A stretch of 64,000 nucleotides of DNA from Mobula hypostoma (lineage: Eukaryota), in contig NC_086097.1 in the NCBI RefSeq assembly GCF_963921235.1, forward strand, positions 98,458,001 to 98,522,000, given 5' to 3'. The notes under the pieces were generated by a model that had not been told where the DNA came from, searched no databases, and saw only the letters and a list, made by a program, of their open reading frames with translations. Position 1 is the stretch's first letter; every line of letters begins with the position of its first letter. This document shows, in pieces, positions 49,171 to 62,574 of this stretch. The position numbers and the translations under genes were made by a program.

Positions 49171-51134
49171 CTTTTTTTTATTAAGTGCAATCGTGAACTA
49201 TAGCCAGATCAGAAATGCTGATGAAGTCAACTAGTTCCCAAAGAGAACTCTGACAGGCCAATCAGATGGTTCACTGCTGCTCAGCGATAGAACACAAAAC
49301 AGGGACAAGGGTCGCTAGCCCCTGTGCCCCAGAAACATACCTGAGCAGTACGGCGGAGGTATGTGCTATGCATGACCTGATCTGAAAGCATCATGTTGAC
49401 TCAATGGACTTCAACAATTTTCTCCACCTGCAAATGCTATCGAATGAGCTGAGTATATCAGCATTTATTGTTATTTTTGTCATGGGCATGAACAACACCT
49501 GAATTTTTGTTGGCTAAGTGAAGTAGTCCATGTTCCAAGTCTCCCTGTCGGCACCCTTCAACTCTTCCTTTGCCTCATTGCGGTTGCCTCCTGCACCTGT
49601 GTGGAACTTGACAATTTCACTAAATCTGCTATCAAATTCACTTGGACCATTTTTAACAATCCAGAGAATGAGTCTCAACCCACAACATCAACTGTCCTTT
49701 TCCCTCTATGGGTGCTGCCTGACTTGCTGATTTTCTCTAGCTTTTTTTTTATTACTTTGCTCCAGATTTCAGCATCCACAGGCTCTTTAGTGTTTATCTT
49801 TTTCTTTTAAGTACAGCATTTGATTCATTCTGCAGGAAATGCTAGAAAGCATAAGAACATAGAAAGAAGAGTGTTCATTTGGTTCCTTCCAAAGATTCAC
49901 TGTGAAGAAATTTCTTTTGTATTGGATGGCTTTTCGTCATATGGGTGCCAAGGATATTTTCTTAAAAACAGACAGCATTGGTTGAACATCACGTATTTTG
50001 AAAAATGTTATCTCTGATGCACTTTGAGTATCAGTGTAGATATTTTTGAATGAAATTAACTTTAAATTTAGTGTACAGCTGGAGAAGCAAGGGATGCCAA
50101 ACCAAAATGGACTGTGATACTTTGCCAAGAAAGATGGTGGAGATACAGTCATAGTAGCCTTAGTAATGCTAGTTTAATCATTTTCAGTGAAAAGTATGCC
50201 ATTATTTATAAAATGTGCATAGCACTACTTCTGAGTGTTATCTGCTGTGTAGTTCAGAGGTTGCTTGTGTCAATTCTGGCCACATTGTTCGGTCCCATTG
50301 GAATCTAAAGAACACTTTTGAGTAAACTTCTTAAAGAACCCTGGTTGAATTTCCCCTACCACCACATAATCCAAAGCAAGATTAATTGAAGCATTTGAGA
50401 GTTGTCCCTTCTGGGATCAGTGAACAACATAGGATGATTAGGATAACTCAGATTGTACCTCAGTCCAGATAGCAGGAGGTGACCGTCAGATCAAGAGTTT
50501 CTCTAGGTAGCTATAAAAGGCAATGTTTGCTGTTGTGAATTGAACAAAAATTTGTGTTTTTTTTAGATAAAAGACAGTAAATGATAAACAATGTAATTGT
50601 TCTCAGCTGCTCAAGAATGCCTAGATAGAGGGGAAAAAATACTTGGAGCATGCTGGTGCTGGCTGATATTCTGATATTCTCACAAAAACAGTTCTGAAGG
50701 AAAGATTGCTTGAGCACGCCATCTGTGAGGTCCAGGCTGTGAAGCTGGAGCAAAGGGACAGGAAAGAAATGTTTGTGTTTCTTTGCCAGCCTGCATTGAC
50801 AGGAAGTACAAGCAAGTAATTGATTGTGAGATTAATGCTCCAGTCATCCTGTATGAAACGCCATACGTTTGACTAATAACAAAATCCTTCACAGACCCAC
50901 TGCCTTCTTCAGTCCATATGGGAACCCTTGTTTATTAAATGCCCGCGCACATGGTTTGAACATCGAGGAACAAAAGGAATGAGTGAACCTGGAAGTTGTG
51001 ATTGTGCAACACTGAGTCTTACTTTTGATGATGCAGTGAAGTTCAAATTGTAGAACTAAGCTTGTGTTAGAGACTGCATTGAATCCATTGAAACGTTTTC
51101 TCAAAGCCCATGCCATATTCACTTGACAAACTTG

Positions 51135-51430
51135 GATGGCACAGTGACACTGTTTGTAAAGCCACTGCATCACAGTGCCAAGGGCTTGTGTTCAATCCTA
51201 CCTTGGGTACTGAATGCATGGAGTTTGCATGTTCTTTCTATGACTGCATCGATTTCCCCAGATGCTCCAGTTTCCTTCAGTATTACAAAAATATATAGCC
51301 ACTTCAGAGTGTAGGTGAGTGGAATGGGAAACGGGGGAGAGTTGATGAGAATCTGGACAGAATAAAAAAAATTAATGTAAATGAGTGCTTCATGTTTGAT
51401 GAGCTAAAGAGTCTGTGTTTCTGCTCCATG
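51135..51430 (+). mobile_element. V-SINE/HE1-like SINE
   Basis: tRNA-like head, then tggagtttgcatgttct...gatgctccagtttcc. Confidence 0.65.
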
Positions 51431-51602
51431 ATTGGATGAAAGTCTGCCAGCAGCAATGTTTTGATTACTGTGGTGTGGTTCTGCTTCTGCAAGCACAAAG
51501 AAACAGAATTAGCCACAATCACACCATATGTTGAAAGGCATCACTATGACAATTATTTACCATCCAGTAAGTATCCTTTTCTATATTATTTTTAAGTCAA
51601 TA

Positions 51603-52016
51603 TGTTGTGGCTATCCCTCGAGGTCGAGGATGATGGTCTTCGTTCTGAAGAAGTGGACCACAGAGCAAAGATGCCTGTGCGTGTATTTGTTTAACGTGTG
51701 CTTGATGTTGCACTCCAAGAAGCACACGATACTTCACAAATCAACCAACTGATTCCAATGGCATGGAAACCACGACGATTGGAGCTGATGGATTTGTTGC
51801 AGCCTTCATCCGCCTTCACAGCCGTTGAGTTTGAAATAACTTCGTCTGCCTGTTCCACCGTTGAGGTCTTGGTTGGATTGTTCTTTGTCAGGGACCTCAC
51901 CCTCGACCTTACCGCCATGGGTGACCCTACCAGGAGCATAGCTCCAGACGGCATCGCTCTCGGGATCACAGGACCACACAAGCCTCTCCATCGCGACACG
52001 GTGACAACCCACGGAG
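51603..52016 (-). mobile_element. RTE (Expander/Rex3-like) derived short internally deleted element
   Basis: Minus strand: RTE-type 5' UTR (GGAGAGGCTTG...CCTGGTAGGGTCACCCATGGC...GAGGTCCCTGACAAAG) joined to a 3' hairpin CCTCGA-cc-TCGAGG; no RT. Confidence 0.65.
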
Positions 52017-52029
52017 ATGATATATAGAG

Positions 52030-52710
52030 GCTGTACTCAGAAGGGTGCAGTATTGGACCTTACTTGGAGAGTGAAGCAGGGCAAGCAACTGAAGTTGCAG
52101 TCAGGGAGTACTTAGGCCCTAGTGATCTTTGTTTTTAAGATAGTAGTGGAAAATGATAAGTCAGGTCCACAGGTTACTATCCTAGGTTGGAGCAGGGCTC
52201 CCTTTGGGGGGCATTAGACAGGATCTAGCAGAGGTAGTTTGTGTGACTGTTTAAAAGGAACAAATGGTAAATAGGAGGCTTTCAAGTGTGGTTTGTTGCA
52301 TGGGTTAGTGTTGAGACCCTTATTATTTGTTAATTATTTATGTCATTTGAATGGAAATGTGTAATGCTTAATTAGTACCTTTGCAGATGACATGATGTTG
52401 GGACGTGTTGATAGTGGAGTAGGTTATTGTGGATACAAGGTGATCTTGATCATATGGGGCTGAGTGACAAACAGATTTCAATGCAAGTAAGTGTGAGGTG
52501 ATGTATTTTTGAAAAGTCAAGGCAGCACAGGACTTAAATTATGAATGGTAGGGAACTAGGGAGTATAATTGACAGAAGATCCTAGGAGTACTTTTGTACA
52601 GTTCATTGAAAGCATGCCACAATGTGGTGAAAAGGGGGTTTAGCATGCTAGCCTTGATCAGCTGGCGCTGAATCTCAGGACATTATGTTGTAGTTGTACA
52701 AGTCATGGGA
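52030..52710 (+). mobile_element. Highly degraded CR1 fragments
   Basis: tttgcagatgaca, ttcaatgcaagtaagtgtgaggtgatgtatttt. Confidence 0.6.
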
Positions 52711-55179
52711 GTGCTGCTGTTCAGGTACCTTTTAAAACACTGCCAATACTGAAATCTGAAAGGCAATGCCATTAAAGAAATTCTAAAACGTTATGCAACT
52801 GAAGTGGCTTCTGAAGAGTAGCTTCTTTGTAAAATGAGAAACAGATCAGCCAATTCAAACACTGCAAGTGCCCCCCCCCCACATGCAACAGTATGAACAC
52901 ACACCAAATAACTTATTTCAGTGCTGTTGGGAATAGCTTTTCACCTAAATACAACCCAAATTCCTTCTATAAACAAAGCCATTCGAATACACCTTGAGAT
53001 CTTGCAGTGTTCTATATGACTGCTGCACTTTGCTCCACTTGTATCCATTTTAATTAGCAATGCGTGCAGTTTTCTCATTCGCCTGGACATTGGGTTTCGT
53101 CTCGGTGCTTTGATTTCCTCCCAAGTCCCAATGATGTCGGTTGGTAGGTTAATTGTTAACTATAATATTGCCTCTAGTGTGTGAGTAATAGAGTATGGGG
53201 GTGGGGTAGAGAGTAGAACTGATGAGAATGTGAAGAGATTAAAAATAGGATTGATGTGCAATTAAAATAAATTGGCGGGCCTGTTTCCTTGCTGTATATC
53301 TGAATGTCTCTGTGGCTGATTCTATTGAGTTTTAGTTGATGATGACTGTGGAGTGTCGTTGGTGAGAAAATTAGTGAGGTATTATTGAAATATCAAGGCT
53401 GGGTGGTTAGACTTTTGGGCAATGGTCATTTTCTTTTGTGATGTGAATGTTACTTGAATCATGTCATTCAAGCCTGAATCTTTGTCCAGGTCTTTTTATA
53501 TGGACTCTTTCATTGTCACTGAGATGTTGCAAATTAAATCCCATTATCTATGAAATCTCCACTTCTGACTTTGATGGAAGGAAGGTCGTAAATGAAGTGT
53601 GTCAATCATTGTGACATTGGGTGCGGTACCTGCATGTGTTATTGGTCACAATATAATGTACTGCAGTATTATGTGAGAACAAGTCAATCTACTGTAAGTG
53701 GAGCATGCTGAATTTGGAGCATTTGTGATGTTATTTTCTGGGCCTGGCATGATGTCCATAATTAAGACTTAAAACTGACTCTATTTTCTTTTGGGCAGTG
53801 CCTTTAAAAGACAGGTGACCCCAGCTATTATAAATACTCTTCAAAGATTGTCTGCTGGCATCAGTGGTCACATAACCAGGACTTGTGATATGCACCAGCT
53901 GCTCAGAGAAAGGCAATTGTAAACCATTTCTGGAGAAAAATTTGCCACGAACTATTATAGTCACCCACGTCATACAACATGGCATATAATAACAATTTTC
54001 TTTTAACTTAGCTTTTTGGAATGGAATGATGCACAAGTGAAAAATCAATATGAAACTCATTTCCTAAGGGAGTTTGGGGTCTGGTTATTGTTAATGTCAC
54101 AGTGTGGTGCTGAATATAACTGTGGCTGTGACTAGTTTTAACCTCTACACTTGGAGGTGTCAGCAGTTTCCATCGTTATGAATGGGAAGAGTCTGAGTAA
54201 TTACTGTTTATCACAGACAGGGTTAAAAGGCAGAAAGTAAATTGTTTACGTGGCACATTGCACCACTACTACCCTCTCAGAGGACCAGCAGTCTACAGTA
54301 AATACTTCCTGCACGGTTTCCCCTTGTGTTGTCTCACAGCCATGCAGTCTGTGTCGCTGTTGAGTTTATTCACTTCCCACACTGATTTCCATATGCTTGA
54401 CAACAACTAGCTGGTAATTCTGTAACAGTATAGAAGCCAGTGAATGCTTGGCCAGATACAGGAAGCAGTCTTCGTTGGCTGTTGCCCAAACCCATTTCTC
54501 TTGCCTGAGCTGGTTTAAACCCTGACCAAACCCTTTTGACTTTAGATGTTGTACTCAAGGTGAGAGCTGTCAGTCTTGGGGAATGGAAGAAGCACTATTT
54601 CAAACAAGCATTCACAGTATAGCTTCAACACAAAAAAAAAGTTCCTTTGCAGGTGCTAGATCCTTAAATGTATGTACTTAATATCAGTGACAAAATTAGA
54701 ACATCTGGTTAGTAATATAATGGACAGGATGGCAGAAGTTAAAGGCAGCATCTCACAACCATCTTCCCAAGTGCCAAGGTAACCTCTGTCTCATGATGAT
54801 AAAATGAATTGGAAGAGTCTTCTTTGTGAATTTGGTCGATGGTGTTCAAACTGGATTTGTAGTTGGAGGAATTAATACTTTTAATTTTATGAACAGACAA
54901 GTCTGGAAGCATGGAGGTTTTGTACTTCAAACTGTATCAACTTTTGGGATAGATCTGCAATAGGTCTGTGTGATAATCATCTCTTCTGCCAATCAGAGGA
55001 CCTCTGATTTGGGGCAGCTTCGTTGCTGGTAGTGTCACAATCAGGGCAACGCTATTACAGTTTGGGGTGTCGGAGTTCAATTTCAATGTCCTCTGTAAGG
55101 AATCTCTACATCTGCTCCATGGAATGTGTGGCATTTCCCCGGTGTTATGCTTTGTAACTCCAAATCATTAATGGGATGG

Positions 55180-55855
55180 AGGAGAAGATGACGGCGCGAC
55201 GCAGTGCGCGCGGCCTCTCCAGTGAATGATATCGTATTTGTAAGTAGGATGCCATGCACAATTCTGATTTGATGGAGACAGACGTGAGAAGCATAGAGGA
55301 ACTGGAGAAACTTCTGAAATGCCCATTTAGCTGCCGCTGCTACTGTGCGATCGAGAATCTCTGGAGGGGAATGCCTCAAATCCTCGGCTTTGCCTGTTGC
55401 TGGCGGCCGGGGCTGGGGTCGAAGCGCTCGGCAGAGATGGTGCTTGGTGTCGGAGGGCTGGTCAGAGGCTCAAAGTTTTCGGATGGACTCAAGAGTTGGC
55501 TGTGGTCGGGTGCTTCCAGGATGCTACATCGGCAAGTTTGTGGTGCTGGAAGCTCATGGCAGGGAGAGTTTTCTTCCTTCTACTGTCTGCGTGAGATGAT
55601 GGAACTTTTGAGAGACTTTGAGACTTTTTTTTTTACCATGCCCATGGTCTGTTCTTCATCAGATTACGGTATTGCTTGCACTGTTGTAACTATATGTTAT
55701 AATTATGTTGTTTTTGTCAGTTGTTCAGTTTTACAGTCTTGGTCTGTCTTGTGTTTCTGTGATATCACACTGGAGGAACATTGTATCATTTCTTAATGCA
55801 TGCATTACTAAATGACAATAAAAGAGGACTGCGTGTCCTCATAATCTAATCTAAT
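55180..55855 (+). mobile_element. Non-autonomous retroposon, copy 2 (same family as 15206-15871)
   Basis: Same head, body and ataatctaatctaat tail. Confidence 0.8.
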
Positions 55856-57512
55856 TGGAAGAAAAGCAAGGGACTCTGAAATGCACGTCTACTTCATTTT
55901 TATGTTAAGTGAAGCACAAACATATCACGTGATAGCTTCATGATGTTTACAATTCTCTTAATTTTGCATATAACCCATAATGAATTATTTAAACAACAAA
56001 GAATGTTTAATCAAACAATATATTTACAATATTACTCATACTACTGAAATATTAAATACACAGCACCTAGGTGTTCTTTATTTCTCCCACAGTCTAAGGA
56101 CATAACAAGTAGGTTAATTGATCTTTGTCACATGATTGGGTTATTGTTTAACCAGGGTTGTTGGGGCGGTGCAGTTTGAAGGCCTGGAAGGTATTTTGTT
56201 TAGCTGCTTCGCCAAATTTTAAATAAATAAATGTGTATTTCTTAATTAATCCAAAGTTTCAAGTTTAATTGTCACGTAGCTGTACGTATGTATACAGATC
56301 AATGACGCAGCCTTCCTTGAGGGCCAGGGTGCAAAACACAGTCGCACAAAATAATCACAGCATGAGGCCATGATTGGAATGGCCTGAAGACTGATGGTGC
56401 ATGGGATGTTGCTCTGGAGACAACATGGAACAGTAAGAACAAATATGGAGCAGTTCCTGATCTTGCACTGTCAGTGGTAGTCTGCACTGGTCAGTCGCAG
56501 ACAAACACAATACTGCTTGTCTTCCATGGAGTGAACACTGGAGAGTAGCACTGATGGGAGAACCAGCCTGCAGGGGCCTCCCCCACCCCCGCCAGTCCCG
56601 CATGGATTGCAGATCACCTGTCGTCTATTTGAATCTCCCATACCACCTCTGGTGCAAGGAAGTTGGTCATCAAAGGGTTATTCTTTAGATTGATTATGAT
56701 GTACTCTGCTTATCTTCTAGTGATGTTGTGCACTTGGTGCAAATCTGACTTTGCAAGGGTTTTCTTCTGTAATTTAACTGAGTCAGGGAGGTAAAGCATG
56801 TGCAGAGCATGACAGTAGACTGCAACTCTTTGGAAAATGCTGTGTTCCTTTCAGGCCAGAGAGACTGAAAGGCTCTGCTTTTTCTCAGCACAAAGTATTG
56901 TTCTTAGCATAAAAGTGCAATGCTTTGCATATAGAATTTTTTCAAATGAAAATTGATTTAGCTTCATTTTACTTAAATTCTCCTGTTACTCTTTCCCTGA
57001 CCACTTCAAAGTAGAAAATCAGCTATGTCCTGTTAAGTTCTTTGCTCTAGTCTTCTGCCAGCAAACAAACCGGGAAACTCACCTCTTGAGTTTCCTCCTG
57101 TTGTGGAAATGAGTTATAGAGCAGTGCACATCTGGGCCAAACCATCTCCTATTTCCCTTCCCAGCTACCATCTAAATATAAAATGCAAACAGGAAAAATG
57201 AATTGCTAGGTTCACAAACATAACTGACCTTTCTCTGACGTGTTTCGTTGGATATTTTTACAGTTGAAAACGAAAACCTCCTGTGTTCTTCACTGAAATA
57301 TCCTGTCATGTTTAATGTTCATCTGTGATACCTGTGTTTAATGTTTGACCTTTTAAAGGATTGCACTTTTTCAAATCAGTGAACATTATCACCCTGTACA
57401 GATGATAAATGAGGACAAATTAATAAAGCACATCTCTCATATTCCTCCCGTCTGCTTCATGGAAGTATTGTTGAAGCAGCCATGACTGTCCACAGTGAGA
57501 CAATAAATATAG

Positions 57513-58380
57513 TGTAGCCCCCTGGTAAGCCTCAGGCTCGCTCAGCTTGCTTTCGTCCACGGGGAGCAGCCTTTGGCCCTGCCAGCCTGGGTAATCAGTT
57601 TGTGTAGATGCTGTGTGATGTACCCTACCATGCCAAATAACAGACAGTACACCATATGCGATTAAATGATTACACTTTATAAATCTTACTAGAACTATGT
57701 AATTAATAGAGATACAATATAAAAAGGAAAGTAAAAGGCACCAAACTTATCAGAGTGCAACCACTTCGTGCACAACCGTTGGAGCTCAATTAACGAGGTC
57801 CTCTTTCCACCGTGTGGCCTCCTCCAACCCCCTCGACGCGCCACCTGGGACCAACCATGGTGGTCAACCAGAGCGCATCCAGCATGTTCTTCCTCTTCTG
57901 TTCTCCCGAAAAACCCTGGGCCTCGGACTCCTGCTCGGGGTCCGTTCCGTCGCCCAGTTTACAGCATCGCATCTTCTCTCTCTGTCCCTATCCGCCTTCT
58001 CAAAGCCCGCGAAAACAATAGCTTACAGACACACAAAGAATAACATCTATCCCAATTGGTTAGCAAATGAATACAATTCTTGTTATCAGTAATTAAAATC
58101 CAAACAAGCTGCTATAAAGAAGCACTTTCTCAGCAGTTAACATAACAAAGAAGCCATTTTTATTAGCCTTAGCAGTAACATAAAAGAAGAAACCCCTTGC
58201 ACTCTCCCTGCCCCCCCACCCCCACCAAATTTAGTCATGTCCTCATGATTTCTAAATAACTCACCAACCCTTCCTGCAGATGCAAAAACCCAATCCAGGT
58301 ACAAACAGTGACATTGCTCCCCAAACAGTAGACCTTACTGTAGCGTTCCTCAGGCGCTACATTTCCAGTCTATCCGTCGT
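57513..58380 (-). mobile_element. Probable LTR (about 57513-58201) with adjacent PPT and a short internal remnant
   Basis: TGTAG...TTGCA termini, GC-rich core; followed by ctctccctgccccccc (a purine tract on the minus strand), the same layout as the element at 1-130. Confidence 0.55.
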
Positions 58381-59469
58381 CTTGTATCTTTTTTTAGTGT
58401 AGTGGTTGCTCCAGTTATTTGCCTGGTTAATAGTAACCCTCCCAAAAGCCTGATGTTGGAAGGATTTCTTAATAGTAATTCCATTTTTATGTCCAGGAAT
58501 GCTGATTAAATTCTGCTTTACTTGCCTTTTTTGTACATGAATGTTGGATCAAGATGGTGCTCAGTTCTTCAGGTAGTTTCAATGTCTTCTAGAATTGTTT
58601 TTGGTATGTTCACTGATCTTTGCCTGCTGAAATGGGCTTCTATAGCTCTCCACTGTAGTACTGAGATAGTTACATTATGTGTTCAACGACGAGTGTTGGA
58701 TTTGTATCTACAGGTGGCCAGAGTCAGCACCAATGAAAGTTAAAATAGAATAGTCAGGCTGTCCTTTTCATGCTTTACCTGAGCTCCATTTTAGAATCAC
58801 TGATTACAGTGAAATTTTACATTTGGATCTATTTGCTTGTATGAACAGTATGCAAGATGAGCTTTTCACTGTACCTTTGTACAGCTGACAGTATTAAACC
58901 AATTCCAATTTTGAATAGGAAAATAACAATGACCTGTTTCCCTTAATTAAGAGCAAAAATAGGGATAGATTTAAAGTAACTTTTAGAAGGTTGCAGAAGA
59001 AAGTTGGGGTGGGGGGTGGAAGAGTCTTTTGCCTGGAGTATAGTGAAAGTCTGGAAATGACTGCCTGAAAGGATAGTAGAGTTAGCAAACTTCATCCCCT
59101 TAAAAGTAGGGGCTGTGACCTACGGGGTGCATTTTCCTTTGTATAAAGAGCAGCCATACTTCAGGGGTAGTTCATCAGCTTTGAAGTACATTGAGATACT
59201 ATGAGGATGTGGAGAATGCTTTATAACTTCAGGCCTAGCATGATAAAGTTGATTGTTATTGTAAGGCAGTCTTATATTAAATTAGAGTTGACCAAAAATC
59301 CAACATTATTGGTGTAGTTCCTTGTACCAATTGTTTTTTGAGTTACTGGTCCTCTATTCATTTCACTCATATGAGGTTAAAAGTGATGCAGGGTATGAAG
59401 TGATAAGTTATTGGTGTTAAAAATGAGCGATCTTGCAATAAAGTACATCTTAAAGCAGTAATGGATCTA

Positions 59470-59790
59470 TACCTCAACACCAGAGACCCAGGTTCAAACC
59501 TGATCTCTGGTGCTGTGTGTGTGGAGTTTACATGTTCTTCTGATGGCCACGTGGGGTTTGTTTTGATGCTCTAGTTTCTTCCCACATGTTAATAAAGTGG
59601 GAGCGGTAGGTTAATTAGTCATTGTTAATGATCTTTGTTAATTGTTTTATAATGTATCTAAGTTGATGAGTACATAGGGAAGGCTTTAAAAATGGGATTC
59701 ATTTTGGATTAACATAAATGAGTGTTTGATAGCACTGACTCAGTACGGCAAAGGGCTTATTCCTGTCCTGTATCTCGATGACTGACTTTT
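59470..59790 (+). mobile_element. V-SINE/HE1-like SINE
   Basis: gacccaggttcaaacc...gtgtgtggagtttacatgttct...tttcttcccaca. Confidence 0.65.
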
Positions 59791-60479
59791 GAGTTCTGTT
59801 ATTTGAAATTGCCCTGATCACATGACAAGAAATTGAGTTTGGAATTGAAAAGCCAGGCGTTACTTTCTTTTTCATTCTCAAAACGTGCAAATTGACCCCT
59901 TATCCCCAATGTGAGGCAAGCGGCATTAAATAAAACTTCAATTTTCCTTCCCCAGTCCCTTTCTATAGTTAATTTTCTATATTGTTAATTTTCCTACAGT
60001 ATAAACATTTAGTGATTTGATGTGCATCAATTCATATTTCCAGCCCTCTTCTGTACCTGGGGAAGTGAGCCTGTTAATATGAAGTACCTAGACAATATGA
60101 TGTGAACCCTACCTGCATTGTAGTTCTTACTGGTGATAATCCTGCTGCTTATACTCAACAATCCTGCCATCCTACCTGTCTTCCCCACTACATCATATAT
60201 TTAATATGCAAGTTCATTTTATTGTCATTCAACCATATGTGTGTAAGCTGCCAAGCGAAACAACGTTCCTCCAGACCAAGCTGCACAACAGTACATATAC
60301 AATAACTCACACATAACACATAAAGTAATATTACCACAAATAAATTCACAAACAATAAGATGCATATGTGATACAAGTTTAAAAAGTAAACAATATAATG
60401 ATATTGGCTCTGTGTTCAACTATTTTAAGAAATTTGTATTGAGAATGATAAATAGTTTGAATATTTGCTTTTGCACACA

Positions 60480-61187
60480 AAAGTCAGAAGGCTCTCTAAA
60501 GGAAACTGCCTGAGATGCTTTTTTGCGCTTTTTGAAACTTATAAAATTCTTTGAAACTACAATGCTTAATTCAGTGATCAACTCAAGAGCATTAGGCATG
60601 ATTTGTCAGAATTATTTGCAAAGTTTAGTGAAATTAGTCTTCAATTGCAAGGAAGTGATGTTAATCTTATCAAAGTCAAATCATATTGGTGTCCTTTTCC
60701 TATTTCTGAGCCTCTCTGAATTGGAAGAGAAGGAAAGAATACCAGATGATCTTCAAGTAACATGTGCCTATCTTTGTGATCTGCTTAAAGACATGTCAGA
60801 GAGATTTTAGGATCTGCTCTCAATCCAAATTCCAGATTGGGTAAAAAAACACAATTCCTGAACACTTGTGAGGAACTAACAGGAAGGATGGAGGAAGAAC
60901 TGATCTCACTACGAAATGACTTTCAGCTGAAACCAAGGTTCAAAAAATCATCAAGACTTTTGGTTGCAGAACAAATTTTCTGAATGCAATCCTGCACTGT
61001 GGGGGGGAAAAATCAATATATTATTTACTCCCTTTCCAACATCATATTTAGTGCAATCACCTAATTTCTTTCAAGGCAACAAAACAGACTCCAAATTATT
61101 AAACATGGGGATTTAAGACTCCTGAGTGACATTCTGCCTGATGTTGAGAAGCTGATGTCACTGCACCAAGCCCATCCATCTCATTGA
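60480..61187 (+). pseudogene. hAT (Buster/Charlie-like) transposase C-terminal remnant
   Basis: Read across frames: DMSERF.DLL..IPDW, EELISLRND, FPTSYLV, RLQI..HGDLRL, LHQAHPSH*. Confidence 0.75.
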
Positions 61188-61554
61188 AAGGTGAAAAAGC
61201 AATGACAGTGAATAGTTGGATTACTAATGTTGGCTCTATATTGTTTTGTTTTGTTTTACTATGATTAAGGAATTAATTTTGTTCATAACTTTAAATGAAT
61301 TTGAATAATTTTGTAATTATTTGTCACTGCTAAGAAGTTGCAATTCCTATTTTGGTTCACTGTGTATTATAAATCAATTCTTTATAGTTTTTAATGCAAT
61401 GGCTGGGAAGGAAGAGGGGCAGTCTCTGTATATGGCTATACGTATGTGTGTGTGTATATGATATCCATGATAGGTGCTATTTTTGGACATAATTTGATAA
61501 TTATTTCTGCTTTTAGTTAACTTAAGTAGGTGTTTTGCTTGTGCTTTTGTAGAT

Positions 61555-62520
61555 AGATACTTTATTGATTCCAAAGGAAATTCCCGTGTCACAGTAGTGA
61601 TGTAAGTGTGCAGATATAAATATTAGAAAAGAAGTAGAAAGAATAAAAACAAGTTACCACAGTCTAACAGGAGGAGATCATCCTTCCCCGGCTATAGGTT
61701 GACTCATTATAGAGCTTAATGGCCGAGAGTAAGAATGACCTCAAATAGCGCTCTTTGGAGCAGCGCAGTTGTCTCAGTCTAAAATGATTCCTCTGTTCAG
61801 CCAAGGTGGCATGCAGAGAGTGAGAAACATCATCCAGAATTGCCAGGATTTTCTGTAGGGTCCTGTGTTCTGCCACAGCCTCCAGTGCGTCCAGTTTTAT
61901 TGAATTGTCTTTATTACTTGTATGCTTCATATACACGAGGAGTAAAAATCTTTACATCTCCGTCTAAGTGATCAATTTATAATAAATAGTATGTATAACA
62001 GGACAGTCAATATAACATAGAAGTACAATTGTATCAGCACGAATTAATCAGTCTGATGGCTTGGTGGAAGAAGCTGTCCTGGAGCATGTTGGTCCTGGCT
62101 TTTATGCTGCAATACTGTTTCCAGATGTTAACAGCTGGAACAGAGTGAATACTCCGATAACAGCCAACCTTTCTAATTAGTTTATTGAGCCTGTTGGCAT
62201 CACCTGTGTTGAAGCCATTGTCCCAGCACACCACAACATAGAAGATTGTACTGGCGACACAGACTGGCAAAACATGTGAAGGAGAGGCCTACGTACCCCA
62301 AAGGACCTCGGTATCCTCAGGAAGTAGAGGTGACTTCTGCCCTTGTATACAGCCTGTGTTGTTGCTCCACTCAAGTCTATCATAAGGTGCACCCCCTGGC
62401 ACTTGTAGGTCTTCATCCATGTCCTTACCATCTCCTTTGTCAAATGGTGTAAACTGAATCATCTGCAGCTCAACATCGGTAAGACGAAGTCCTCCACCAG
62501 GGTCATCCTGCATTTATAAC
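61555..62520 (-). mobile_element. Nested Rex1/Babar-like LINE 3' fragments
   Basis: SHLYFLR..SFGV, FYVVVCW..ANRLNKLIRK, RSFLLSAIKLYN. Confidence 0.7.
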
Positions 62521-62574
62521 TGAGTGTAGGAAGTTAGAAGGCAGTAACAGTCCATTGCCAGAGTAAAATCCAGT

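Noticed and set aside
55254..55796. 180-aa ORF (and ORFs at 15371-15728)
   Set aside because: The frames are not conserved between the two copies of the repeat and no domain is recognisable
60480..61187. Domesticated ZBED5/SCAND3-like gene
   Set aside because: Multiple frameshifts and stops; only a C-terminal fragment remains
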